Assembly (NCBI GenBank): GCA_902806335.1
Contig: CADCWG010000156.1
Coordinates: 8,803-72,802, forward strand
Reading direction: 5' to 3'
DNA: 64,000 bases
Source of the DNA: an uncultured Thermomicrobiales bacterium
Lineage (GTDB): Bacteria; Chloroflexota; Chloroflexia; Thermomicrobiales; UBA6265
The notes under the pieces are model-generated. The model did not search any database, had not been told where the DNA came from, and was given only the letters and a program-made list of their open reading frames with translations. Both the position numbers and the translations under genes were made by a program. This document shows positions 55,128 to 64,000 of this stretch, piece after piece (positions within the stretch are counted from its first letter, which is position 1; every line of letters begins with the position of its first letter).

Positions 55128-55229
55128 ATGAACGCGACCGACCGCCACCTCGCGCTCGTCGGCCTCGTACTTACCACGCTCCCGATTATCGGGAGCGTTT
55201 CGTGCTGTGGAGGCCCATCACCCGCCTGA
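55128..55229 (+). CDS. ilv-leu attenuator leader peptide (33 aa)
   Basis: RBS GGGGAGGA; MNATDRHLALVGLVLTTLPIIGSVSCCGGPSPA; 5 Leu, 3 Val, 2 Ile. Confidence 0.85.
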   Translation: MNATDRHLALVGLVLTTLPIIGSVSCCGGPSPA

Positions 55230-55267
55230 GCGTCGAGCACGCCGGGCAGCCGAGAGAGAACGACGCG

Positions 55268-55293
55268 GGCCTCCCCAGCGGGAGGTCTTTTTT
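55268..55293 (+). terminator. Attenuator intrinsic terminator
   Basis: GGCCTCCC-CAGC-GGGAGGTC followed by TTTTTT; 5' arm can pair with 55204-55216 instead. Confidence 0.88.
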
Positions 55294-55372
55294 GTTGCCC
55301 CGTTAGCCGGGTTCGCCCGCCGCCCCACCGGGTCCCGTCGCCGGCCCGGGTCGTCGTTGAGGAGAGTGCCTG

Positions 55373-57148
55373 ATGGCCGTTGCCGCTACGCCGCGCCGAG
55401 CCCCATCGCCCCCACCGGCGGCCGGGCGGGCCGCCACCGCGCACCCCGCCGAGGGCCAGGTGCTGAGCGGGTCGCAGCTGACCTGCGCGGCGCTCGAGGC
55501 GGAGGGCGTCTCGACCGTCTTCGGGTACCCGGGCGGCGCCGTGATCCCGCTCTACGACGCGCTGCCAGGGTCGAGCCTGCACCACGTGCTGGTCCGCTTC
55601 GAGCAGTGGGCGGTGCTCGCGGCCGACGGCTACGCCCGGGCGACCGGCGAGGTCGGGGTCTGCATGGCGACCTCCGGCCCCGGCGCGACCAACCTCGTTA
55701 CCGGGCTCGCGAACGCCCTGCTCGACTCCGTGCCGCTGGTGGCGATCACGGGGCAGGTCCCCCAGCCGATGATCGGCCGCGACGCCTTCCAGGAGGTGGA
55801 CATCACCGGGATCACGCTCCCGGTGACCAAGCACAACTACCTGGTCCAGCGCGCGGAGGACATCGCGCCGACCATCAAGGAGGCGTTCTACCTGGCGCGC
55901 TCGGGCCGACCGGGGCCGGTGCTCGTCGACATCCCGAAGAACGTCTTCCTCGCCAGGGCACCGTTCCACTACCCCGAGACGGTCGCCCGGCGGGGCTACC
56001 AGCCCAGCCACATCCCGAACCAGCGCCAGGTCCGCCTCGCGGCGGAGGCCATCAACCGGGCCGAGCGGCCGCTGATCATGGCGGGCCATGGGATCATGCT
56101 CGCCGGTGCCACCGACCTGTTCCGGGAGTTCGTCGAGCGCTCGGGCATCCCGGTGATCTTCACCCTGCTCGGGCTTGGCGCGTTCCCCGAGTCGCACCCC
56201 CTCTCGCTGGGCATGATGGGCATGCACGGCCATCGCGAGGCGAACGCCGCCCTCGAGCGGTGCGACCTGCTGGTGAACATCGGCGCTCGGTTCGACGACC
56301 GGGCCACCGGGCGGATCGACGGCTTCGCGCCGAACGCGAAGGTGGTCCACGTCGACATCGACCCGGCCGAGATCGGCAAGAACGTCGTCACCGACGTGCC
56401 GGTGGTCGGCGACGCCGGGGAGGCCCTGCGCCTGCTGATCCCCGAGGTGACGCCACGGCGGCACGAGGAATGGGTGGCCTGGATCGACACCCAGCGCAAC
56501 CGGGCGCTCCACGCCGCGCTCGAGGACCGCCCGCAGACCCCCGAGCCCTATGCCATCATCCGGGCGATCGCCGAGGCCACGGACGGGCAGGCGATCGTGA
56601 CCACGGACGTCGGCCAGCACCAGATGTGGAGCGCCCAGCACTTCGGCTACGACCACCCGGACCGCTGGATCTCGTCGGGCGGCCTGGGCACGATGGGCTA
56701 CGGCCTCCCGGCCGCGATCGGCGCCAAGATCGGCCGGCCGGACCTCGAGGTGTGGGCGGTGGTCGGCGACGGCGGCTTCCAGATGTCGCTCAACGAGCTG
56801 GCGACCGCGGCGCAGGAGGGGCTGGACCTCAACGTGGCGGTGATCAACAACGGCTACCTGGGGATGGTCCGGCAGTGGCAGGACCTCTTCCACGCCAAGA
56901 ACTACTCCGAGGTCGCCATCTCCGGACCGGACTTCGTCAAGCTCGCCGAGGCCTACGGCGTGACGGGGATCCGGGTCCGGCGCGACGACGAGATCCTACC
57001 GGCGATCGAGCGGGCCCGGTCCATCCCCGGACCGGTCGTCGTCGAGTTCGTCGTCGAGCCGGAGGCGAACGTCTACCCGATCGTGCCGCCCGGCGCGAGC
57101 AACTCCGAAGCGATGCATGACCGGTGGGTCGACGAGGCATCGGTGTAG
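55373..57148 (+). CDS. ilvB: Acetolactate synthase large subunit
   Basis: VFGYPGGA, TSGPGATN, DAFQE, GMMGMHG, TDVGQHQMW, GDGGFQM...NNGYLGMVRQWQ. Confidence 0.96.
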   Translation: MAVAATPRRAPSPPPAAGRAATAHPAEGQVLSGSQLTCAALEAEGVSTVFGYPGGAVIPLYDALPGSSLHHVLVRFEQWAVLAADGYARATGEVGVCMATSGPGATNLVTGLANALLDSVPLVAITGQVPQPMIGRDAFQEVDITGITLPVTKHNYLVQRAEDIAPTIKEAFYLARSGRPGPVLVDIPKNVFLARAPFHYPETVARRGYQPSHIPNQRQVRLAAEAINRAERPLIMAGHGIMLAGATDLFREFVERSGIPVIFTLLGLGAFPESHPLSLGMMGMHGHREANAALERCDLLVNIGARFDDRATGRIDGFAPNAKVVHVDIDPAEIGKNVVTDVPVVGDAGEALRLLIPEVTPRRHEEWVAWIDTQRNRALHAALEDRPQTPEPYAIIRAIAEATDGQAIVTTDVGQHQMWSAQHFGYDHPDRWISSGGLGTMGYGLPAAIGAKIGRPDLEVWAVVGDGGFQMSLNELATAAQEGLDLNVAVINNGYLGMVRQWQDLFHAKNYSEVAISGPDFVKLAEAYGVTGIRVRRDDEILPAIERARSIPGPVVVEFVVEPEANVYPIVPPGASNSEAMHDRWVDEASV

Positions 57149-57150
57149 CC

Positions 57151-57738
57151 ATGGCCAACACTTCCCCGAGCCAGGTCACCCAGCACCTGCTCGTGGTCCT
57201 CGTCGAGGACCACCCTGGCGTGCTCAACCGCGTCGTCTCGCTGATGCGGCGCCGCTCGTTCAACATCGACTCGATCACGGTCGGCCACTCCGAGCAGCCG
57301 GGGGTCTCCCGGATGACGATCGTGGTCAACGGTGCCGACGACGAGGTCGAGCAGGTCGGCAAGCAGCTCTACAAGCTGCTCGAGGTGCTCAAGGTCACCG
57401 ACATCACCGACCAACCGTGCGTGGCCCGCGAGCTGGCCCTGATCAAGGTCGCCGCGAAGAGCCAGACGCGCGCCGAGATCCTGCAGATCGCCCAGATCTA
57501 CGGCGCCCGGGTCCTCGACGCCAGCCCGAACTCGCTGCTGATGGAAGCGACCGGCGGCGAGGACAAGATCGACGCGCTGCTCGGGATGCTGCGCGGGTTC
57601 GGCATCCGGGAGCTCGTCCGAACGGGGAGGATCGCGATGGTCCGCGGGCCGCAGACCGCGCAGACCGACGGCACGGGACGGCGCTCGGGGCGGTCGCTGG
57701 AGCGGATCACCGAGGGGACGGTCGCCGTGGCGGAATGA
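57151..57738 (+). CDS. ilvN: Acetolactate synthase small subunit
   Basis: [41 protein letters not shown]. Confidence 0.95.
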   Translation: MANTSPSQVTQHLLVVLVEDHPGVLNRVVSLMRRRSFNIDSITVGHSEQPGVSRMTIVVNGADDEVEQVGKQLYKLLEVLKVTDITDQPCVARELALIKVAAKSQTRAEILQIAQIYGARVLDASPNSLLMEATGGEDKIDALLGMLRGFGIRELVRTGRIAMVRGPQTAQTDGTGRRSGRSLERITEGTVAVAE

Positions 57739-57889
57739 CGGCCGGATCGGCAGACTGACGGGGAGTTCGAGGGGGCGGCCGCGACCAGGGGACGGGCACG
57801 CGGGGGATTCAGACGGCGCCACGGACGGCGACGCGCCTGGGACCCCCGATGGCCGGGCTGAGGATGCGGCGACCGAGCGGGAGGCGACG

Positions 57890-58984
<1,095 letters not shown>

Positions 58985-58988
58985 GACC

Positions 58989-60596
58989 ATGGCCGACGTA
59001 CCCGCCGACGCCAACGTAGCCGGTCTGGCCGCGGGCAACCTGCCCGCGGACCGGGTGATCGTCTTCGACACGACCCTGCGCGACGGCGAGCAGTCGCCGG
59101 GCGCGACGCTGACGGCGGACGAGAAGCTCGAAGTCGCCGACGCGCTGGTCGCGCTCGGGGTCGACGTGATCGAGGCCGGCTTCCCGGCCGCCTCCCCGGG
59201 TGACTTCGAGGCCGTCCGCTCGATCGCGGCCCGGGCCCGGGGCGTGGTGGTCGCCGGCCTGGCGCGGGCGGTCGAGAGCGACATCGAGCGCGCGGCTCAG
59301 GCCGTCAAGGGCGCCGAGTCACCGCGCATCCACACCTTCATCGCGACGTCGGACATCCACCTCACCCACAAGCTCCGCACCACGAGGGAGGCGTTGCTTG
59401 ACCGCGTCACCGCGATGGTCGGCTTCGCTCGCAGCTTCACCGACGACGTCGAGTTCTCGGCCGAGGATGCTACCCGCTCGGACTGGGACTTCCTGGTCAC
59501 CGTCTTCAAGCGGGCGGTCGAGGCGGGCGCGACGACGCTGAACGTCCCCGATACCGTCGGCTACACCACCCCCGACGAGATGGCGGCACTGATCCGTTAC
59601 CTCCGCGAGCGGGTCGCCGGCATCGATCGCTGCGTGATCTCCGTCCACTGTCACGACGACCTCGGGATGGCGACGGCCAACACCCTCGCCGCGGTCGCGG
59701 CCGGCGCGCGGCAGGTCGAAGTGACCGTCAACGGCATCGGCGAGCGGGCCGGAAACACGGCGCTCGAAGAGGTCGTGATGGCCCTCGGGACCCGCCGCGA
59801 CTTCTTCGGCGGGGCGACGACCGGTGTGCGGACCGAGCGGATCGTGCCGACCAGCCGCCTCGTCTCGGGGCTCACCGGTCTGCAGGTCCAGGCCAATAAG
59901 GCGATCGTTGGGGCGAACGCCTTCGCCCACGAGGCCGGCATCCACCAGGACGGCGTGCTCAAGGAGCGGACGACCTACGAGATCATGGACCCGTCGGTCG
60001 TCGGCTGGGAAGGCACGAAGCTGGTGCTGGGGAAGCACTCGGGCCGGGCCGGATTCCGCTCGACGCTCGCCGACATCGGAATCAGACTTGACCAGGCGCA
60101 GCTTGACCAGGCGTACAGCCGCTTCCTTGTTCTCGCCGACCGCAAGCAACGGGTGACGGCGGCCGACCTGGTGGCCCTCGTCGGGGATCAGCTCGCGACG
60201 GGACAGGACACGCTCCGGCTCGTCCGATGGAACGCCAGTCTGGGCAGCGCCGGGCCGGCGACGGCGAGCGTCGTCGTCGCCCGGGGTGACGCCGAGCACG
60301 GCGGTGACGGGGTCGGGAACGGGCCGGTCGACGCGCTGTTTCAGGCGATCGAGGCCGCGACCGGGATCGAGAACGAGCTCGAGCACTACCACGTCGAGGC
60401 GGTCACCCCGGGCGAGGACGCCCAGGGCCAGGTCCGGATCCGGGTCCGCGCCGGCGACGCGGTCGCGACGGGGCACGGGCTGGCGACGGACATCGTCGAG
60501 GCCAGCGCTCGGGCCTACCTGGCGGCGCTCAGCCGGCTCGAGGTCGACCCAGCCTATCGGCGGCCGGAGGCCGTCGCGGCGGAGCCCGCCGGCTGA
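58989..60596 (+). CDS. leuA: 2-isopropylmalate synthase
   Basis: FDTTLRDGEQSPG, HCHDDLG, GERAGN, HEAGIHQDG, GNGPVDA. Confidence 0.95.
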   Translation: MADVPADANVAGLAAGNLPADRVIVFDTTLRDGEQSPGATLTADEKLEVADALVALGVDVIEAGFPAASPGDFEAVRSIAARARGVVVAGLARAVESDIERAAQAVKGAESPRIHTFIATSDIHLTHKLRTTREALLDRVTAMVGFARSFTDDVEFSAEDATRSDWDFLVTVFKRAVEAGATTLNVPDTVGYTTPDEMAALIRYLRERVAGIDRCVISVHCHDDLGMATANTLAAVAAGARQVEVTVNGIGERAGNTALEEVVMALGTRRDFFGGATTGVRTERIVPTSRLVSGLTGLQVQANKAIVGANAFAHEAGIHQDGVLKERTTYEIMDPSVVGWEGTKLVLGKHSGRAGFRSTLADIGIRLDQAQLDQAYSRFLVLADRKQRVTAADLVALVGDQLATGQDTLRLVRWNASLGSAGPATASVVVARGDAEHGGDGVGNGPVDALFQAIEAATGIENELEHYHVEAVTPGEDAQGQVRIRVRAGDAVATGHGLATDIVEASARAYLAALSRLEVDPAYRRPEAVAAEPAG

Positions 60597-60772
60597 GCGG
60601 GCGTTGGCTGGGCGCTTGAGGGACTTCGACGGCGCCCCGCCAAACGGTCGGTTCGCGCTGGTGGGCGTCCGATGGAGGGGCGCACGCGGGCTTGATGATA
60701 GGCGGCGTCGCCGGCGGAGCCCCCATCGGTGGGGTCGGTTGGACGGTGGGTGAGGGAACGGTGGAGCGTACG

Positions 60773-62188
60773 ATGACGACAACCAGCGACGCGAGGACAC
60801 TGAGCGAGAAGCTCTGGGACAGCCACCTGGTGCGGTCGGCCCCGGGCGAGCCGGATCTCCTCTACATCGACCTCCACCTCGTCCACGAGGTGACCTCACC
60901 CCAGGCCTTCGACGGCCTCCGGCTCGCGGGGCGCGGCGTCCGGCGACCCGACCTGACCGTCGCCACGGCCGATCACAACGTGCCGACGGTCGGCCTCGAC
61001 CGGCCGATCGCTGATCCGATCTCCGCGACCCAGGTCGCCACCCTCACCCGCAACTGCGCCGAGTACGGCCTCCGCCTCTACCCGATGGGCGATCCCGGCC
61101 AGGGCATCGTCCACGTCATCGGACCCGAGCAGGGGCTGACGCTGCCGGGGATGACGATCGTCTGCGGCGACAGCCACACCTCGACGCACGGCGCGTTCGG
61201 CGCCCTGGCGTTCGGGATCGGGACGAGCGAGGTCGAGCACGTCCTCGCCACACAGAGCTTGCCGGCGCAGCGGCCCCGAACGATGGCGATCACGGTCGAC
61301 GGCGAACTGCCGGCGGGCGCGACCGCCAAGGACATCATCCTCGCGATCATCGGGACGATCGGCACGGGCGGCGGTATCGGCCACGTCATCGAGTACCGCG
61401 GCTCGGCGATCCGGGCGCTCTCGATGGAAGGCCGGATGACGGTCTGCAACATGTCGATCGAAGCCGGGGCCCGGGCGGGCATGGTTGCACCCGACGACAC
61501 CACGTTCGCCTACGTCGAGGGCCGCCCGCACGCCCCCAGGGGAGCCGCCTGGGAGGCCGCGCTCGACGCCTGGCGGGCGCTGCCGACGGACGACGGCGCG
61601 CGCTTCGACAGGGAGGTCGCCCTCGACGCCGCGGCGATCATGCCGCACGTCTCCTGGGGCACCAACCCCGGCCAGGTCGCGCCGATCGACGCGGCGGTGC
61701 CCGACCCGGACGCGTTCGGCGACCCGGCGGCGCGGGAATCGGCGGCCCGCGCGCTGACCTACATGGGCCTCACCGCCGGCACGCCGCTGCGCGAGATCCC
61801 GGTCGACACGGTCTTCATCGGGTCGTGCACCAACGGCCGGATCGAGGACCTGCGGGTCGCCGCCTCGGTGCTCGAGGGGCGACGCGTCCGATCGGGGATG
61901 CGGGCGATGGTCGTGCCGGGGTCAATGCGGGTCCGGGCGCAGGCGGAGGCCGAGGGGCTGGACCGCATCTTCCGCGACGCCGGCTTCGAGTGGCGGACGG
62001 CCGGCTGCTCGATGTGCCTGGGGATGAACCCCGACCAGCTCGCGGTCGGTGAGCGCTGCGCGTCCACCAGCAACCGTAACTTCGAGGGCCGTCAGGGTCG
62101 CGGCAGCAGGACCCACCTCGTCTCCCCGGCGGTCGCCGCCGCCACCGCCGTCGCCGGCAGGTTCACCACGCCGGCCGAGCTGAACTAG
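60773..62188 (+). CDS. leuC: 3-isopropylmalate dehydratase large subunit
   Basis: [47 protein letters not shown]. Confidence 0.97.
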   Translation: MTTTSDARTLSEKLWDSHLVRSAPGEPDLLYIDLHLVHEVTSPQAFDGLRLAGRGVRRPDLTVATADHNVPTVGLDRPIADPISATQVATLTRNCAEYGLRLYPMGDPGQGIVHVIGPEQGLTLPGMTIVCGDSHTSTHGAFGALAFGIGTSEVEHVLATQSLPAQRPRTMAITVDGELPAGATAKDIILAIIGTIGTGGGIGHVIEYRGSAIRALSMEGRMTVCNMSIEAGARAGMVAPDDTTFAYVEGRPHAPRGAAWEAALDAWRALPTDDGARFDREVALDAAAIMPHVSWGTNPGQVAPIDAAVPDPDAFGDPAARESAARALTYMGLTAGTPLREIPVDTVFIGSCTNGRIEDLRVAASVLEGRRVRSGMRAMVVPGSMRVRAQAEAEGLDRIFRDAGFEWRTAGCSMCLGMNPDQLAVGERCASTSNRNFEGRQGRGSRTHLVSPAVAAATAVAGRFTTPAELN

Positions 62189-62409
62189 GCGCTCGGATGG
62201 GCCCGCCGGGCGGGAACGGCGGCGCGGTCCGATCGGCGGCCAACGGCGAACGCTCCCCTCCGGGGACGTTCCGACGGTTGGCTCTGGCCGCGGCCGGGCC
62301 GGCCGACTGGGCCTCATGCCGACGACCCGGCAAGCGGGGGAGGAACCGATTGGGCCCCGGCGCCGCGTCGGTCGCCGGCCCTGGTCGTCGAGATCGCGAT
62401 GGAGGAGCT

Positions 62410-63015
62410 ATGCAACCCGTGCGCGTCATCGAGGGGACGGCGGTCCCGATCGACCGGAGCGACGTCGACACCGACCAGATCATCCCGGCGGTCTGGCTGA
62501 AGCGGGTCGAGCGGACCGGCTTCGGGGCCGGGCTCTTCTCGGCGTGGCGGGAGGCAGACCCGAACTTTCCGCTCAATCGTCCCGAGTTCGCCGGGGCCAG
62601 CATCCTCGTCGCCGGACCGAACTTCGGGGTCGGGTCGTCGCGGGAGCACGCCGTCTGGTCGCTCGTCGACTACGGTTTCCGGGCCGTCGTCTCGCCGCGC
62701 TTCGGCGACATCTTCCGGAACAACGCGACGAAGGCCGGGCTCGTGCCGGTGGTCGTGGAGCCCGCGGTCGGCGAGGCGCTGCTGCAGGCGGTGGCGACCG
62801 ACCCGGCGCTGCGCGTGACGGTCGACGTCGACCGTCGTACCCTCGTCGCGCCCGCGGCGGGCATCGAGGCGGCGTTCCCGCTCGACGACTTCACCCGGTA
62901 CCGGCTGCTCGAGGGGCTGGACGACGTCGGGCTGACGCTCCGCCACACCGACGATGTGGCCGCCTACGAAGCGGCGAGACCCGGTTGGCTCCCGACCGTG
63001 GTGACGCCGCGTTGA
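62410..63015 (+). CDS. leuD: 3-isopropylmalate dehydratase small subunit
   Basis: DVDTDQIIP, NFGVGSSREHAVW, FGDIFRNN; RBS GGAGGAG. Confidence 0.96.
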   Translation: MQPVRVIEGTAVPIDRSDVDTDQIIPAVWLKRVERTGFGAGLFSAWREADPNFPLNRPEFAGASILVAGPNFGVGSSREHAVWSLVDYGFRAVVSPRFGDIFRNNATKAGLVPVVVEPAVGEALLQAVATDPALRVTVDVDRRTLVAPAAGIEAAFPLDDFTRYRLLEGLDDVGLTLRHTDDVAAYEAARPGWLPTVVTPR

Positions 63016-63146
63016 CGGGACCGCCGGGCGGTAAGCCGGGAGCGGCTGGAGCCACGCAGAGGCGGCGATCCTCCGTGACGCGGTGACCGCACGCGCGGGG
63101 ACCGAAGACGGGGACCACCACGACGGGACGCGAGGGCGAGAGGCGG

Positions 63147-64000
63147 ATGGCCGAGTCGGGCGGCGTGAGCGCGCGAATCGTGGTGTTCCCCGGGGACGGC
63201 ATCGGACCGGAGGTGGCGACCGAAGGACGCCGAGTCCTCGAGGCCGTGGCGCACCGCTGGGGGCACACGTTCCTGGTCGAGGAAGCCCTGATCGGTGGCG
63301 CGGCGATCGACGCCTACGGGACGGCCCTACGGGACGAGGACCTGGTCCGTTGCCGGCGGGCCGACGCCGCGCTCCTGGGGGCGGTCGGGGGGCCGAAGTG
63401 GGACGACCCCGCGGCGAAGGTCCGACCCGAGCAGGGGCTCCTCCGGCTCCGCAAGGCGCTCGGCCTCTACGCCAACCTGCGCCCGGTCGCAGTCCAGCCG
63501 GCGCTCCTCGACGCGTCGCCCCTCCGCCCGGAGATCGCCCGCGGCACCGACATCCTGGTGGTCCGCGAGTTGACCGGCGGGCTCTACTTCGGGCGTCCGT
63601 CCGGGCAGTGGGTCGAGCGTCGGGGACGGGTGGCCGTGGACACGCTGGTCTACCGGGAGCACGAGGTCGCCCGGGTCGCCCACCTCGCGTTCGAGCTCGC
63701 GCGCTCGCGGCGGGGGCGGGTGGCCAGCGTCGACAAGGCGAACGTACTGGCATCGTCGCGACTGTGGCGGACCGTCGTCACCGAGGTGGCGCGCGAGTAC
63801 CCTGATGTGGCGGTGGAGCACGTGCTCGTCGACGCGATGGCGATGCACCTAGTCCGGCAGCCGACCCGCTACGACGTGGTCGTGACCGAGAACATGTTCG
63901 GCGACATCCTGACCGACGAGGCGTCGACCCTGGCCGGATCGATCGGGCTGCTCGCGTCGGCGAGCGTCGGCGCGGTTCGGGACGAGCGTCGGGGCTGGCG
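63147..64000 (+). CDS. leuB: 3-isopropylmalate dehydrogenase, runs off window end
   Basis: Not in the ORF track. ATG 63147: [54 protein letters not shown]. Confidence 0.95.
   Translation, partial: MAESGGVSARIVVFPGDGIGPEVATEGRRVLEAVAHRWGHTFLVEEALIGGAAIDAYGTALRDEDLVRCRRADAALLGAVGGPKWDDPAAKVRPEQGLLRLRKALGLYANLRPVAVQPALLDASPLRPEIARGTDILVVRELTGGLYFGRPSGQWVERRGRVAVDTLVYREHEVARVAHLAFELARSRRGRVASVDKANVLASSRLWRTVVTEVAREYPDVAVEHVLVDAMAMHLVRQPTRYDVVVTENMFGDILTDEASTLAGSIGLLASASVGAVRDERRGW

Noticed and set aside
53405-56893. 1162-aa minus-strand ORF and other long antisense ORFs (5393-7720, 20351-22681, 24326-26437, 59319-60899; 11130-12941 and 28723-30708 on +)
   Set aside because: Shadow frames opposite well-supported genes; expected in high-GC DNA; no motifs

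Overview
Very GC-rich bacterial chromosome segment, most consistent with Chloroflexota/Thermomicrobiales (inferred from gene style, e.g. a secreted protein with a 'QEATP' mature N-terminus, not from a search). Mostly core genes: DAK2/Asp23-rpmB, queG, rplU-rpmA-rpmE, a heme cluster (fused hemC-hemD, hemB, cupin, ChdC/HemQ-type, hemE), tRNA-Lys(CTT), gatCA, dnaX, rsmI, rodA, two NfeD genes plus flotillin, and an ilvBNC-leuACDB operon. No CRISPR array, integrase or transposase was seen. Highlights missed or obscured by the ORF track: (1) a complete ribosome-mediated attenuator ahead of ilvB, with a 33-aa Leu/Val/Ile leader peptide, antiterminator and terminator; (2) a heterodimeric ABC exporter pair broken only by three in-frame amber codons, two of them in a CCAGG->CTAGG context; (3) a highly divergent RidA/YjgF-like protein coupled to an amidohydrolase; (4) unusual architectures (Cu/Zn-SOD plus TSP3-like Ca-binding repeats, DnaJ-type Zn finger plus pentapeptide repeats, His-rich versus acidic NfeD paralogues); (5) readable TetR and MarR operators and a probably leaderless queG. 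All product calls come from motif recognition by eye; no database searches were run.
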